64,000 nucleotides of DNA. Origin: a virus. The translations under genes and the position numbers were made by a program. Location: the IMG/VR virus record IMGVR_UViG_3300046167_000921, positions 113,494 to 177,493 of that record; one strand, written 5' to 3'. The first letter of the stretch is position 1. The number at the start of each line of letters is the position of its first letter. The notes beneath the pieces were generated by a model that saw nothing but the letters and a program-made list of their open reading frames with translations, searched no databases and was not told the DNA's origin. Positions 19,301 through 29,820 of this stretch are shown here, piece by piece.

Positions 19301-22300
19301 AAGAGACTAAAACTCCATGATCCACTTCTGCATATATAACAGGGTCATTGAACCCAGCCCCATTCCAATCGGTGCTGAAATCTGTGTTCTGCACAAAGGC
19401 GTCGCCCACTGAACCATAGTCAACGGTCTCGATTACCTGACCTAGGACAATCAAGTCCGCGACCGCATTAACATTACTTTGGGTAGGGGAACTCAATAGA
19501 ATAAGCTCATTCGGGCTAGTTCCTACATTATATTCCGTCGATGTCCCAAGAACCGTTGGGACATACTTGTTCAGCCCATTATCTGTTGTGTACCTTAGAA
19601 CCTGCTTGTTCGTGTCCGCTTGAGAGTTGATGTCAATCAAGTTCGAGGTGTTGATCCCAATCTCAAGATCTATCTGATTGTTCACGTCATCGTGTGTGAA
19701 AGAGATGCCTTGATCTTCAACAAAAGCGTGTGTGCCAGCTTCAAGAGCCGACCCGACAGCGTCTCTTGCTGATTCAGCAAGGATTGTAGAGACAAACTCA
19801 CCCGCGTTGGCGTTCCAAACTAAAACTTCGTCGCCTACAAAGTCTCCCGTAGTGACATTGACATCTGAGAGGGTGTTGACCGACCCTAGAGATGTGAGGT
19901 TAGAACCATCTAACGCACCGAGCTTGCCTTGAACGTCTGTGAGAATTGCCTTGCCTGCATCTGCACCGCCTCCGTTTACGGTGGTGTCCGCGAGCGACGC
20001 ATCTTTCAGACCTAATGTCGCTCTCTGGTCGGCTACCGTAGCATCATCAAGTAGGTCGAGACCCACAGAGGTGACTGTGTACGAGTCAATAGAGCCTTGA
20101 GCATCGGTATATATGATCTTGTCTGCCCCAAGAGGCTCTAATGCAGATATGTCGTCTAACAGACCACTCTGAGCTTGTATGTCCGTCCCGATCTCAAGGT
20201 CTAAAGAGGCTCTTACTTGAGCTGGGGTCTCTGCTACAAAGTTACCCCCATCACCTACAATGAAGTTTCCGTCTGCAACCGCAAGACCAGAAATGTCTTG
20301 AAGGTTCGAGCTGAGGGCTAAATCCACTCTACTGTTGGCGTCATCATAGGATGCGGTTAGACCCGTAGAGTGGTTAGCGTGGTCGAACATCGACCCCGTG
20401 ATGTCTTGAGCATCCTCTGTGGTATCCGTTAGGTCAGATAATGTTAAAGATCTGATCCAAGATGCAGTTACAATTTCATTTCCATTTGCCGCAGCAGCGG
20501 GTGCCGTTATAGAACCTGAACCTGTTACTGTAAGATTCCCGCTTATTGAGGTGTTCCCAGAAGCACCTGCAACTGTGAATAGGTTGTTTCCGACAGTGAG
20601 ATCGCCTATAGTGGAAATGTTCTCAGCTCCGAAGCTAACTCCATTACCCCCAGAGGTGATAGAAGTCCCACTCAGGACAAGGTTTCCAAGTGTAGCTCCC
20701 GCTGAAGACTCGATCTCTTTACCAAAGACAACCTTCTCTGAGCCGTCTGTAGTAACAAATGTGAGGTAGTCGTTGCCAGCTTCCGTAAAGATGAGAGCTT
20801 CTGCTTGGTTGTCTGTGAGTGAGATCTCCGTCACAGACAGAGTCCCATTAATGGTGAGGTTTCCACCTTGCAGAAGAAGAATGTTGCCTCCATCGGACAA
20901 GTCCGCAGTAGAGATCACTCTATTCTCGAAGTTAGCTCCATCGTGGACAATGAAGTGCTTGTTTGCAGACCCCGCAACAGTTACGTCGGAGAGGTCGTTT
21001 AAGCCTGAATTAGAGGCTAAGAAGTCTCCCGTGTCATTAGAGACAGCAGTTCCAAATCCAAGAGTTGCTCTAGCATTAGCTTGATCTATACCCAGAGAGG
21101 TTCTAGCTTGAGCGGGTGTCTCTGACACAAATCCGTTTCCGTCACCTACAATGAAGTTCCCCTCTGTATTGGCGAGTTCGGCAATATCTTGCAGATTATC
21201 GGACAGCGTGAGATCAACTCTGTTGTCGGCATCATCATAGGACGCGGTTAGGCCCGTAGAGTGGTTAGCGTGGTCGAACATCGCACCTGCGATGTCTTGA
21301 GCATCCTCTGTGGTATCCGTTAGGTCAGATAATGTTAAAGATCTGATCCAAGATGCAGTTACAATTTCATTTCCATTTGCAGCGGCAGCGGGTGCCGTTA
21401 TAGAACCCGTACCTGTTACAACTAGGTCACCTCCCACAGTGACACCTAATGTTGAAGAGATATCACCCTCAACATTTAGGTCACCTGTCTGAACAGGGGC
21501 TTTGCTGAGTCCTGCAACAGAGGAGAAGTCAGTGGATGTGCCGTCCACAGCCCCGCTATGTGTCGCAAATACGAACGCATCTTCTCCCTCATCCCAGAGA
21601 ACTACAGCATCATCTAGGTCGCCCCTGTTTAGGAAGAGGCCGATGTCGAGGGTGTTATTGTTTCCTCCGATGCCATTATTAAGCTCGATGACTCGGTCTT
21701 TAACAGAGAGGTTGTCCGTATCTATTGTGGTTAGCGTACCTGTAACCGTAAGATCAACGCAGGTGACAGATCCTGTAGTGGTTATGTTCTCAGCTCCGAA
21801 GCTAACTCCATTACCTCCAGAGGAGATGCTAGTCCCACTCAGGACAAGGTTTCCAAGTGTAGCTCCCGCTGAAGACTCGATCTCTTTACCAAAGACAACC
21901 TTCTCACCTGCATCTGTAGTAACAAATGTGAGGTAGTCGTTGCCAGCTTCCGTAAAGACAAGAGCTTCTGCTTGATTATCTGTAAGTGAGATCTCCGTCA
22001 CAGACAACGAGCCGTTGAGGGTGAGGTCACCGCCATTTAGGAGAGGGATCTCACTGCCGTCTAAAAGATCAGCGGTAGAGATCAATCTATTCTCGAAGTT
22101 AGCCCCATCGTGGACAATGAAGTGTTTATTTGCAGGTACGGCTATTGAAATATCACTCAGGTCATCTAAGCCTGAATTAGAGGATAGGAAGTCTCCCGTG
22201 TCATTAGTAACAGCAGTCCCAAAGCCAAGAGTTGCTCTCGCATTAGCTTGATCTATACCCAGAGAGGTTCTAGCTTGTGTCGAGGTCTTGAGTACAATGT

Positions 22301-25300
22301 CGTTCCCGTCACCCGCGAGGAAGTTGTCGGCAGTAGGTGCGGCAATCGCGGAGATCTCGGTTAGTCTGTCATTTACAGGCTGAAAGTTCCCTCCTACATT
22401 GATGAACTGTATTTCATTCTGTACGAACGCCGTAGTAGCTATTTGGGTACTGTCATCACCCTGTACTGCTGTAGGTGATTCGGGTGTACCTGTTAGGGTA
22501 GGGCTGTTTACTCTAGCAATAGTGGCATCTACCGAGAAGTCTATCTTGTCATTAACATCGTCGTAAGTCACAGTGATATCTGTTTGAGTACCGCTGTTGA
22601 TCAAGCTACCTACGGCATCTTGAGACTCTTCAATAATAGTGTTGTCTCCTACTGTCAACGCCCCTTGTGCATTGAAGATTAAGACCTTACCTTGTGCCTT
22701 GTTTGTAGTGTCAACGTCAGACAGATCGTTGATAGAAGACGATGTCTTTATCAGGCTCGTTCCGTCAGATAACTGATTTGAAGAGAGTTGAATATTCTCA
22801 AAGAGACTGTTCCCCGTGTAGACCAAAACTTGGTTTACCAAAGGAGTTCCTGCTTGAGGGTCATTAGTTATCGTGACATCATTCAGGTCATCTAAACCTG
22901 AATTAGAGGCTAGGAAGTCTCCCGTGTCATTAGAGACAGCAGTTCCAAATCCAAGAGTTGCTCTAGCATTGACTTGATCTATACCCAGAGAGGTTCTAGC
23001 TTGTGTGGGAGTCTTAAGAACGAGATCTGCCCCGTCACCCGCGAGGAAGTTGTCGGCAGTAGGCTGTGCGATAGCGGAGATCTCGGTTAGTCTGTCATTC
23101 TGTTCCTGTACGTCAACCCCAACCTCAAGATTCAGGTGGGCGTGAGGGTCGTTCGATGCGATTAAGTCTCTACCTTCCTGTGTGACAGCAGAGACTGCAA
23201 ATGTATTATTGCCTGTTGTGTATAGTATGTTTCCAGCTACAGGGTTAAGGCTTGCGATAGAGACTAAAGAGTCCTGTAAAGTGGCGGTGACTTGCCCGTC
23301 ATTTACTCCACCATCATCTGTATAGGCGAAGGTAATGCCTGTAGAGTGGTTAGCGAGGGTAAACTGAGCCCCTACGATGTCTTGAACCGCCTCCGTAGTG
23401 TTAGCGAGATCAGATAGCTCAAGTCCTCTTACCCAAGCCGCAGTGACAATGTGGTTATCTGCAACAGCTTGTGCGGGAGCGAGGATTGTACCTGTACTGT
23501 TTACCGTAAGAGATCCTGTAGTAGAGATATTACCTTGTGAATCAAGGTCGCCCACTCTCAAGTCTGCGTCTGCGATACCAGCCACTGCATCGAAGTCAAT
23601 GGTGTTGATATCGACTGCACCTGAGTGTGTAGCCAGCCTAAAGATGTCAAGACCCTCATCCCATAGGAAAACTGCGTCATCGAGATTGCCTCGGGTCAGC
23701 AGGAGTCCTAAGTCATTTGCGTTATTTCCTACAAACCCGTTATTGAGTTCGATGATACTATTCGCGACAGCGAGATTGTTTTGGTTATTGATGTTCTGAA
23801 CGCCGTTTACGGTAAGGTTCTGAACCGTGATGTCACCACCTGTTGTCAGATCTGTGTTTCCAAGATCAATCGTACCTGTGGAATCTTCAATAGATCCCGA
23901 CCCGATAGTCATCGTGCCGTCAATGACGGTTGTTTTTAACAACCTGATTTCTTCGCTGTTGTCTGTCGTGTCGATTTCGACATAAGACACATTGTTTGTA
24001 GACTCTTCGATCTTCAGGGCGATACCTTGATTGTCTGCGACATTCAAGCTGATTTGGTTGCCTCCAGAGGTGATTGAGTCTACTTCTATATCTGCCACGT
24101 TGGTGATGTTTTGATTGTTTGCAGATAGTCCTGAAGAGAGGGTTGTTGCTCCTGTAACAGTCAATTCTCCCGCTACTGAGGTGTTACCTGAAGCACCTGC
24201 GACTGCAAAGAGGTTATTTCCTACCGTGAGATTACCTGTTGTGGTCAACGCCTCCGTTCCAAAATCAACCCCTCCATTGTTTGAGGTAGTGATCGAATTG
24301 TCTTCGAGGAGTAGGTTTCCAATTGAAGAACCTGAGATACCTTCAAAGGTCTTCCCAAACACTACCTTCTCATCGCCGTCTGTAGTAACAAACGTCAAGT
24401 ATTGATTTCCTCCCTCAGATATAGATAGAGCGGAAGCCAAGTTGTCCGACATCAAGAGAGAGGCTGTGGCAAGAGAGGTAAGTGTAGTGACACCTGCGTC
24501 AAGCGTGCCTGTGGTGGATATGTTCACCGCATTAAAGGAGATATTGCCTCCTGCACTATTGACTGTCGCATCATTGCCGTTTGGGGTGATTGAAAGAGAA
24601 TTTGCTCCCGTATTCGGATTGACGACATTAAGACCGCCTTCCATAGAAGAGAGTCCGTCTACAGAGAGTGATCCAGAGATCTCCGTGTTGCCTGTAAGAC
24701 CTTCTACTAGGAAAAGGTTATTCACGTTAATCCCGCCGTTCGGCTTGAACGTGTTCGCGAGAATAAGCTCGTCGCTACCGTCTAACAAGGGGACTTTCGA
24801 CCCATTAGAGAGGTCGGCAGTAGAGATGGTTCTGTTAGAGAAGTCACCCTGTGCGTCGCTAACTAGCATCTGAATCGGAGCCACCCCAGCGATGCTGACA
24901 TCAGCCAGATCCTCTAGCCCAGACCCTGAAGCTAGGAAGTCTGCTACTTCACTCGTAGAGGCACTTCCAAGACCTAATGCATCTCTGGCGTTCTGGTTCG
25001 CGAGGACGACGAAGTTGTTACCGTCTCCTACAATAAAGTTTCCGTTGGCTCTGTTGAGCTGGGAGAGATCTTGGAGACTGCTTGCTAAGGAGGCGTCTAC
25101 CCTGTTGTTGATGTCGTCATAGGTGAACGTGATACCCGTAGAGTGGTTCACATGATTAAACATTACACCTGCGATGTCTTGAACGTCCTCAGTGGTGTCC
25201 GTTAGATCAGATAATGTTAAAGATCTGATCCAAGATGCAGTTACAATTTCATTTCCGTTTGCAGCGGCAGCAGGAGCCGTAATTGTACCCGTGCCTGTTA

Positions 25301-27209
25301 CAACTAGGTTAGATTGTAACTCCGCCTCTACGCCTACAACAATTCTCTCCCCCGCGTCTGTAGTTACGAACGTGAGGTAGTTATTACCTCCTTCAGAGAT
25401 AACAAGAGCCTCGGCTTGATTGTCCGTGAGGGTGATCTCTCCTACAGACAGGCTTCCATTGAGAGTAAGGTTTCCACCCTGTAAGAGGGGGACGCTAGCT
25501 CCATCTGCAAGATCGGTGGTCGCTAGAGTCCTGTTCTCGAAGTTAACTCCGTCGTGGATAATGACATGCTTATTTACAGGAGCTACCACCGCCACATCAT
25601 TCAGGTCATCTAAACCTGACCCTGAAGCTAGGAAGTCTCCTGTATCATTAGTAACCGCAGTTCCAAATCCAAGAGTTGCTCTAGCGTTGGCGGGGTCAAT
25701 TTCTAGAGAGAGCCTTGCCTCAACGGGAGTCTTAAGAACGAGATCTGCTCCGTCTCCTGCAAGGAAGTGGTCTGCAGTAGGCTGTGCGATATCGGAGATC
25801 TCGGTTAGTCGGTCATTCTGCTCCTGTACATCAATCCCAACCTCAAGATCAAGAGCCACTCTAGCTTGAGCTGGGGTCTTGAGTACGATGTTATTGCCGT
25901 CGCTGATGAGGATGTTGTTAAGAGCCTGCCCTGCATTGGCGATGTCTTGTAAGCTTTGATCGAGAGATCCTCTAATTTCAGAGCTTGCATCATCATAGGT
26001 AAAGCTCATACCTGTGGAGTGGTTCAGGTGAGTGAACTGACCTCCAACAAGGTCTTCAACCTCTTCTTGCGTAAATCCTGTGTTTGGGGGGTTGACCTGC
26101 TCGAGAACTCCTCCTACAACCTGAAGGATCTTTCCGTTAACTAAGTTTCCGACTAAGCTAACATCGTTAAGGTCGCCTATAGAGGAGTTAGCTGTTAGGA
26201 GGTCTGCACCGTCTTGGAGGTCTGCGGAGGACAAAGCCCTGTTTGTAAAGTTAGCTCCATCATAGACCAACACTTGATTTAGAACGGGGTTTGCCACAGT
26301 TACGTCGTCTAAGTCATTAGCGGAACTCACGGAACTCACTAGACCAGGTGAGAATGACCCGTTATTGTAGACGATAGTATCACCATTCTGAATCCCTTGT
26401 GTGTCCACATCAGAGAGGGTGTTTATACTAGGTAGTGCGGTTAGGTTAGCTCCGTCTAGTGCAGGTAAGGTACTTTGTTCCGCGAACTCAAGAACCTCGC
26501 CTACATTAGTGCCTGTGTCCTTAGTGGAGGCAGTGCCGAAAGCTGGTGTGTCTGAAAGGTCGTTGTAAGACAAGACTTGGTTTACAAAGGCTACTCCATT
26601 ATATCGGAGTATATGTCCGTCTACGGCACCTGCTATTAGGACATCACTGAGGCCACTAATAGAGAGGTGATCTATCGTGACGACGCCTGATATTTGAGAG
26701 TTTGCGTCGTCATATGTCCAAGTGACACCTCCGCCATCTTGGAACATACCTCCTACAAAATCTTCAATATCTTCTTGAGTGAAGCCTCCCCCACCATTAG
26801 CGGGGTCTACTTGGGTAAATACTCCACCTACAACTTGGAGTATTTTCCCGTTTACTATACCGTCTCCAAGATCTACGTCTTGGAGGTCTCCGATAGAAGA
26901 GAGGGTGTCTACGATGCCGAGATTTGTTCTAGCATTCGCTTGAGAGGCAACGCCGAGATCGGCAATCTCTGAGAGGAGGTTATCTACAACAAGGAAGTTC
27001 TGAGGATTACTGCCGTTGAGGGTCTCTATTTCAATGATTGCGTCTTGTATTGCCGCGTGTACTTCTGCGGGGTAATCGTTAGTCCAGACAACGCCGTTTC
27101 TTCGTATATTACCGACTGAAGTAAACCCGTTCTCGTCCGAGGTTACGGTGAAGGTGTATATGCCGAAAGAGGTGGCTACTTCATAGTTCTTACTGATCAC
27201 GTCTGCCAT
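19299..27209 (-). CDS. Giant repetitive virion fibre/adhesin-like protein (2636 aa)
   Basis: Very acidic, almost Cys-free. Multiple repeat classes (LNDLSDV, ARATLGFGTA, APAAAANGNEIVTASWIRSL, NDRLTEIS). Shares a DIG...RG...WDE module with the neighbouring fibre. Confidence 0.8.
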   Translation of the reverse strand: MADVISKNYEVATSFGIYTFTVTSDENGFTSVGNIRRNGVVWTNDYPAEVHAAIQDAIIEIETLNGSNPQNFLVVDNLLSEIADLGVASQANARTNLGIVDTLSSIGDLQDVDLGDGIVNGKILQVVGGVFTQVDPANGGGGFTQEDIEDFVGGMFQDGGGVTWTYDDANSQISGVVTIDHLSISGLSDVLIAGAVDGHILRYNGVAFVNQVLSYNDLSDTPAFGTASTKDTGTNVGEVLEFAEQSTLPALDGANLTALPSINTLSDVDTQGIQNGDTIVYNNGSFSPGLVSSVSSANDLDDVTVANPVLNQVLVYDGANFTNRALSSADLQDGADLLTANSSIGDLNDVSLVGNLVNGKILQVVGGVLEQVNPPNTGFTQEEVEDLVGGQFTHLNHSTGMSFTYDDASSEIRGSLDQSLQDIANAGQALNNILISDGNNIVLKTPAQARVALDLEVGIDVQEQNDRLTEISDIAQPTADHFLAGDGADLVLKTPVEARLSLEIDPANARATLGFGTAVTNDTGDFLASGSGLDDLNDVAVVAPVNKHVIIHDGVNFENRTLATTDLADGASVPLLQGGNLTLNGSLSVGEITLTDNQAEALVISEGGNNYLTFVTTDAGERIVVGVEAELQSNLVVTGTGTITAPAAAANGNEIVTASWIRSLTLSDLTDTTEDVQDIAGVMFNHVNHSTGITFTYDDINNRVDASLASSLQDLSQLNRANGNFIVGDGNNFVVLANQNARDALGLGSASTSEVADFLASGSGLEDLADVSIAGVAPIQMLVSDAQGDFSNRTISTADLSNGSKVPLLDGSDELILANTFKPNGGINVNNLFLVEGLTGNTEISGSLSVDGLSSMEGGLNVVNPNTGANSLSITPNGNDATVNSAGGNISFNAVNISTTGTLDAGVTTLTSLATASLLMSDNLASALSISEGGNQYLTFVTTDGDEKVVFGKTFEGISGSSIGNLLLEDNSITTSNNGGVDFGTEALTTTGNLTVGNNLFAVAGASGNTSVAGELTVTGATTLSSGLSANNQNITNVADIEVDSITSGGNQISLNVADNQGIALKIEESTNNVSYVEIDTTDNSEEIRLLKTTVIDGTMTIGSGSIEDSTGTIDLGNTDLTTGGDITVQNLTVNGVQNINNQNNLAVANSIIELNNGFVGNNANDLGLLLTRGNLDDAVFLWDEGLDIFRLATHSGAVDINTIDFDAVAGIADADLRVGDLDSQGNISTTGSLTVNSTGTILAPAQAVADNHIVTAAWVRGLELSDLANTTEAVQDIVGAQFTLANHSTGITFAYTDDGGVNDGQVTATLQDSLVSIASLNPVAGNILYTTGNNTFAVSAVTQEGRDLIASNDPHAHLNLEVGVDVQEQNDRLTEISAIAQPTADNFLAGDGADLVLKTPTQARTSLGIDQVNARATLGFGTAVSNDTGDFLASNSGLDDLNDVTITNDPQAGTPLVNQVLVYTGNSLFENIQLSSNQLSDGTSLIKTSSSINDLSDVDTTNKAQGKVLIFNAQGALTVGDNTIIEESQDAVGSLINSGTQTDITVTYDDVNDKIDFSVDATIARVNSPTLTGTPESPTAVQGDDSTQIATTAFVQNEIQFINVGGNFQPVNDRLTEISAIAAPTADNFLAGDGNDIVLKTSTQARTSLGIDQANARATLGFGTAVTNDTGDFLSSNSGLDDLSDISIAVPANKHFIVHDGANFENRLISTADLLDGSEIPLLNGGDLTLNGSLSVTEISLTDNQAEALVFTEAGNDYLTFVTTDAGEKVVFGKEIESSAGATLGNLVLSGTSISSGGNGVSFGAENITTTGSVTCVDLTVTGTLTTIDTDNLSVKDRVIELNNGIGGNNNTLDIGLFLNRGDLDDAVVLWDEGEDAFVFATHSGAVDGTSTDFSSVAGLSKAPVQTGDLNVEGDISSTLGVTVGGDLVVTGTGSITAPAAAANGNEIVTASWIRSLTLSDLTDTTEDAQDIAGAMFDHANHSTGLTASYDDADNRVDLTLSDNLQDIAELANTEGNFIVGDGNGFVSETPAQARTSLGIDQANARATLGFGTAVSNDTGDFLASNSGLNDLSDVTVAGSANKHFIVHDGANFENRVISTADLSDGGNILLLQGGNLTINGTLSVTEISLTDNQAEALIFTEAGNDYLTFVTTDGSEKVVFGKEIESSAGATLGNLVLSGTSITSGGNGVSFGAENISTIGDLTVGNNLFTVAGASGNTSISGNLTVTGSGSITAPAAAANGNEIVTASWIRSLTLSDLTDTTEDAQDITGSMFDHANHSTGLTASYDDANSRVDLALSSNLQDISGLAVADGNFIVGDGGNFVAETPAQVRASLDLEIGTDIQAQSGLLDDISALEPLGADKIIYTDAQGSIDSYTVTSVGLDLLDDATVADQRATLGLKDASLADTTVNGGGADAGKAILTDVQGKLGALDGSNLTSLGSVNTLSDVNVTTGDFVGDEVLVWNANAGEFVSTILAESARDAVGSALEAGTHAFVEDQGISFTHDDVNNQIDLEIGINTSNLIDINSQADTNKQVLRYTTDNGLNKYVPTVLGTSTEYNVGTSPNELILLSSPTQSNVNAVADLIVLGQVIETVDYGSVGDAFVQNTDFSTDWNGAGFNDPVIYAEVDHGVLVS
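20617..22006. repeat. About 220-nt direct repeat inside the 2636-aa gene (approx. 20617-20839 and 21784-22006), plus other repeat classes
   Basis: Long identical stretches such as gtcccactcaggacaaggtttccaagtgtagctcccgctgaagactcgatctctttaccaaagacaaccttctc. The gataatgttaaagatctgatccaagatgcagttacaatttcatttcc block occurs three times (about 20.44, 21.33, 25.21 kb). Confidence 0.9.
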
Positions 27210-27247
27210 CGTACTTCCCTTTAATCTAGTTTCTTAGATAACTGAAT

Positions 27248-27264
27248 CAATAAATAGTTTATTG
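27248..27264. promoter_or_regulatory. Interrupted palindrome CAATAAA-TAG-TTTATTG in the divergent intergenic region
   Basis: Reads AATA-N5-TTTAT on both strands. Lies between the 2636-aa gene (-) and the deaminase (+). Confidence 0.4.
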
Positions 27265-27333
27265 AGAGAAACCAAGATCTTCGTTGACTCCTTTTGTTTT
27301 AGACTCTTTATACTCGGGTTGAGAGGTTTTTAA

Positions 27334-28299
27334 ATGAAGGAGGGTAAGAGTATGAGAGATCTTTTTTTGAGTAAGGTACAGGATAAGGGGGGGTTCGTTT
27401 GTCATCATGCACATTTTGACAAGGCGTACCTCATCTCTCCCGAAACGCTTGAAAAGTCACAGAGTAGTCTTCGGGAGAAATGGGATCTGTATCGGGAGCT
27501 TAAAGAGGGTTACACACATTCTGACTTATATAGCAGAATGTGTCGTGGTGTAGAGGCTATGGTGTCTCAAGGTGTCACTAAATGCAGAACCTTTATTGAT
27601 GCTGATGGTATTGTGGGAACTGCCCCTATGGAGGTTGCCTTAGAGGTCAAGAATCACTATAGAGCAAAAGGCTTCGACCTCCAACTAGCGGTTCAGCCAC
27701 TTGAAGGCGTTCTGGAGGCTGAACCTCGCCGTGCATTCGTAGAAGCCTGTGAAATGGCAGATGTTGTGGGCGGTCTTCCCGATAGAGACAGAGATCCTGA
27801 GGCACATATGGATTTCATATTCTCTTTGGCAAAGAGGCTAGGGAAGCCTGTTGATGTTCATGTGGGACAGAACAACATCCCCTCTGAAAGAGAATCGCAT
27901 ATGGTTGTAAATAAAGTCATACGGCACGGGCTAGAGGGTCAGGTGAACCTAGTTCACGCAATTTCCTTAGCTTGCCAAGACACGTATCGCAGGTCTTCGA
28001 CTATCAGGAAGATTAAAGACACAAACACAGGGGTGATAGTCTGCCCCTCAGCCGCGATCAGTATGAAGCAAAAGACACACATATACGCCCCGATACACAA
28101 CTCTATAGCTCCTGTGAGGGAACTCGTAGATGCAGGGGTCGATGTGATGCTTGGGGTGGATAATATCCATGACCTCTTCATGCCCCTTGTTGACGGGGAT
28201 CTGTGGTTTGAATGCCGCCTTATGATGGAAGCGATTAGGTGTTATGATCTCGACCTTGTCGCAAAGATAGCTTCTAATACTAAAGGCTTTCAGGTATGA
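27334..28299 (+). CDS. codA: Cytosine-deaminase-like amidohydrolase
   Basis: Metal-binding HAHFDK, RTFID, VGGLP, VDVH, LVHAIS, VCPS and LGVDNIHD match the bacterial CodA family. Shorter than typical; substrate not certain. Confidence 0.75.
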   Translation: MKEGKSMRDLFLSKVQDKGGFVCHHAHFDKAYLISPETLEKSQSSLREKWDLYRELKEGYTHSDLYSRMCRGVEAMVSQGVTKCRTFIDADGIVGTAPMEVALEVKNHYRAKGFDLQLAVQPLEGVLEAEPRRAFVEACEMADVVGGLPDRDRDPEAHMDFIFSLAKRLGKPVDVHVGQNNIPSERESHMVVNKVIRHGLEGQVNLVHAISLACQDTYRRSSTIRKIKDTNTGVIVCPSAAISMKQKTHIYAPIHNSIAPVRELVDAGVDVMLGVDNIHDLFMPLVDGDLWFECRLMMEAIRCYDLDLVAKIASNTKGFQV

Positions 28300-28611
28300 C
28301 CAGAAACAGATATCTCTTCTAGGTCAAAGTAGCCAACAAAAAATAGCTTAGCCCGCCTAGACTTTTTGTTCACATTCCGTATTGTGTCATCTGCTCCGCT
28401 GTGGTATCAACGGTATGAGGCTCATGGCTTCATTCAAGAAGTAACACATGAAAGATTAAACCTTCTCCTTCGATAGCTTGGAGGAAGGTTACTTAGCCAT
28501 TATAGAAGCATCCGAGAGTTACGGGAGGCTTCAAGAGGCAATATTGACAAGGTTTTTTGATCGAATTTTATGCCTGTCCTAAGAGATAGGTCATTTAGGG
28601 GGTTTTGAGAG

Positions 28612-29820
28612 ATGCATAATGTTAAATCTGTAATTGGAGGTCAGTGGGGTGATGAGGGGAAAGGAAAGGTTGTGGACTTTCTCTCCTCAGACGCCGATTA
28701 CTGTATTCGTTTTCAGGGAGGATCTAATGCGAGTCATACCATTATCTATGAGGGAGAGACTTTCAAACTTCGCCTCTTACCGTCTGGTGTTCTCCAAGGA
28801 GCTGAAGTTATACTCGGAGCGGGTATGGCCATTAACTTAGATGTCCTCTTTTCTGAGATGAGGGACGTTGAAGAGAGGCTGAGCATTTCCCTAGAGGGGT
28901 CTCTTCACATAGACAGCAGAGCTCACCTTGTTCTCCCTACTCACATCTACTACGATGTTCAAAGAGAAGAGGCTTCAGGCAACCGTATCGGGACTACTCG
29001 AAATGGAATTGGGCTTTGCTACGAAGATAAGGCTCGCAGGGTGGGTATTCGTGCTGGCGATCTTCTTGATTCTAAAGAATTGCCTCACCGTGTAGATGTT
29101 TTCTTGAGGGCTTACGGAGAGAACACATCATATCAAGAGACGAAGCTTCTAGACATCCTCGAAGAGTGGTCGGAGCAGTGGAGGGGGTATATTAGGACAG
29201 ACATGACTTCTTTTCTTCATGGTATCTTTCATGAAGGGAAGAATGTGGTCATTGAGGGGGCTCAGGGAACTCTCCTTGATGTCACACATGGGACATATCC
29301 TTATGTCACCTCTTCCCACACTATCGCCCCTAGTATCGGTGCGAGTCTGGGCTGTGCTCTACCTCGAGATACAGATACTATCGGAGTGTTCAAGGCGTAT
29401 TGCACTCGAGTAGGTGAAGGCGATTTCATATCTGAGGACTTAGACGAAGACGGGGAGAGACTTCAAGCGATAGGCAAGGAGGTTGGTGTTGTCACCGCTC
29501 GTAAACGTAGGTGTGGGTGGTTGAACCTTGACGACCTCATTTATGCTCACCAGCTCAACGGCTTCACGCAGATTGCTTTAACCAAAGTCGATGTCTTGGA
29601 TGGCTTTGAGAAGGTGAAGGTGTGGTATCAAGACCAGATGCACCTGCTTGAGGGCTGGGGAGGTTCAGCCTCGGCGAAGTCTTGGGAGGAACTGCCTGAG
29701 AATCTTCAGTGGTTCATCTCTTTCATAGAAGATAACTCAGGAGTTCCTGTAACTATGGTCTCTAACGGAGCAGGTAGGGAGAATACCTTGTTGCACCCAG
29801 ACTTTATAGACCCTTTTTGA
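28612..29820 (+). CDS. purA: Adenylosuccinate synthetase
   Basis: GGQWGDEGKGK, RFQGGSNASHT, IGTTRNGIG, EGAQGTLLDVTHGTYPYVTSS, RKRRCGWL, LTKVDVL. Confidence 0.97.
   Translation: MHNVKSVIGGQWGDEGKGKVVDFLSSDADYCIRFQGGSNASHTIIYEGETFKLRLLPSGVLQGAEVILGAGMAINLDVLFSEMRDVEERLSISLEGSLHIDSRAHLVLPTHIYYDVQREEASGNRIGTTRNGIGLCYEDKARRVGIRAGDLLDSKELPHRVDVFLRAYGENTSYQETKLLDILEEWSEQWRGYIRTDMTSFLHGIFHEGKNVVIEGAQGTLLDVTHGTYPYVTSSHTIAPSIGASLGCALPRDTDTIGVFKAYCTRVGEGDFISEDLDEDGERLQAIGKEVGVVTARKRRCGWLNLDDLIYAHQLNGFTQIALTKVDVLDGFEKVKVWYQDQMHLLEGWGGSASAKSWEELPENLQWFISFIEDNSGVPVTMVSNGAGRENTLLHPDFIDPF

Noticed and set aside
11738-27144. Dozens of plus-strand ORFs (60-180 aa) within the two giant genes
   Set aside because: They are antisense shadows of repetitive minus-strand coding sequence. 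They repeat with the DNA repeats and have no SD or motifs.
11662-27209. Diversity-generating retroelement (suggested by Mtd_N and repeats)
   Set aside because: No reverse transcriptase in the window. The repeat pair I aligned differs only at synonymous positions, not in an adenine-specific TR/VR pattern, and the repeats are internal rather than at the 3' end.
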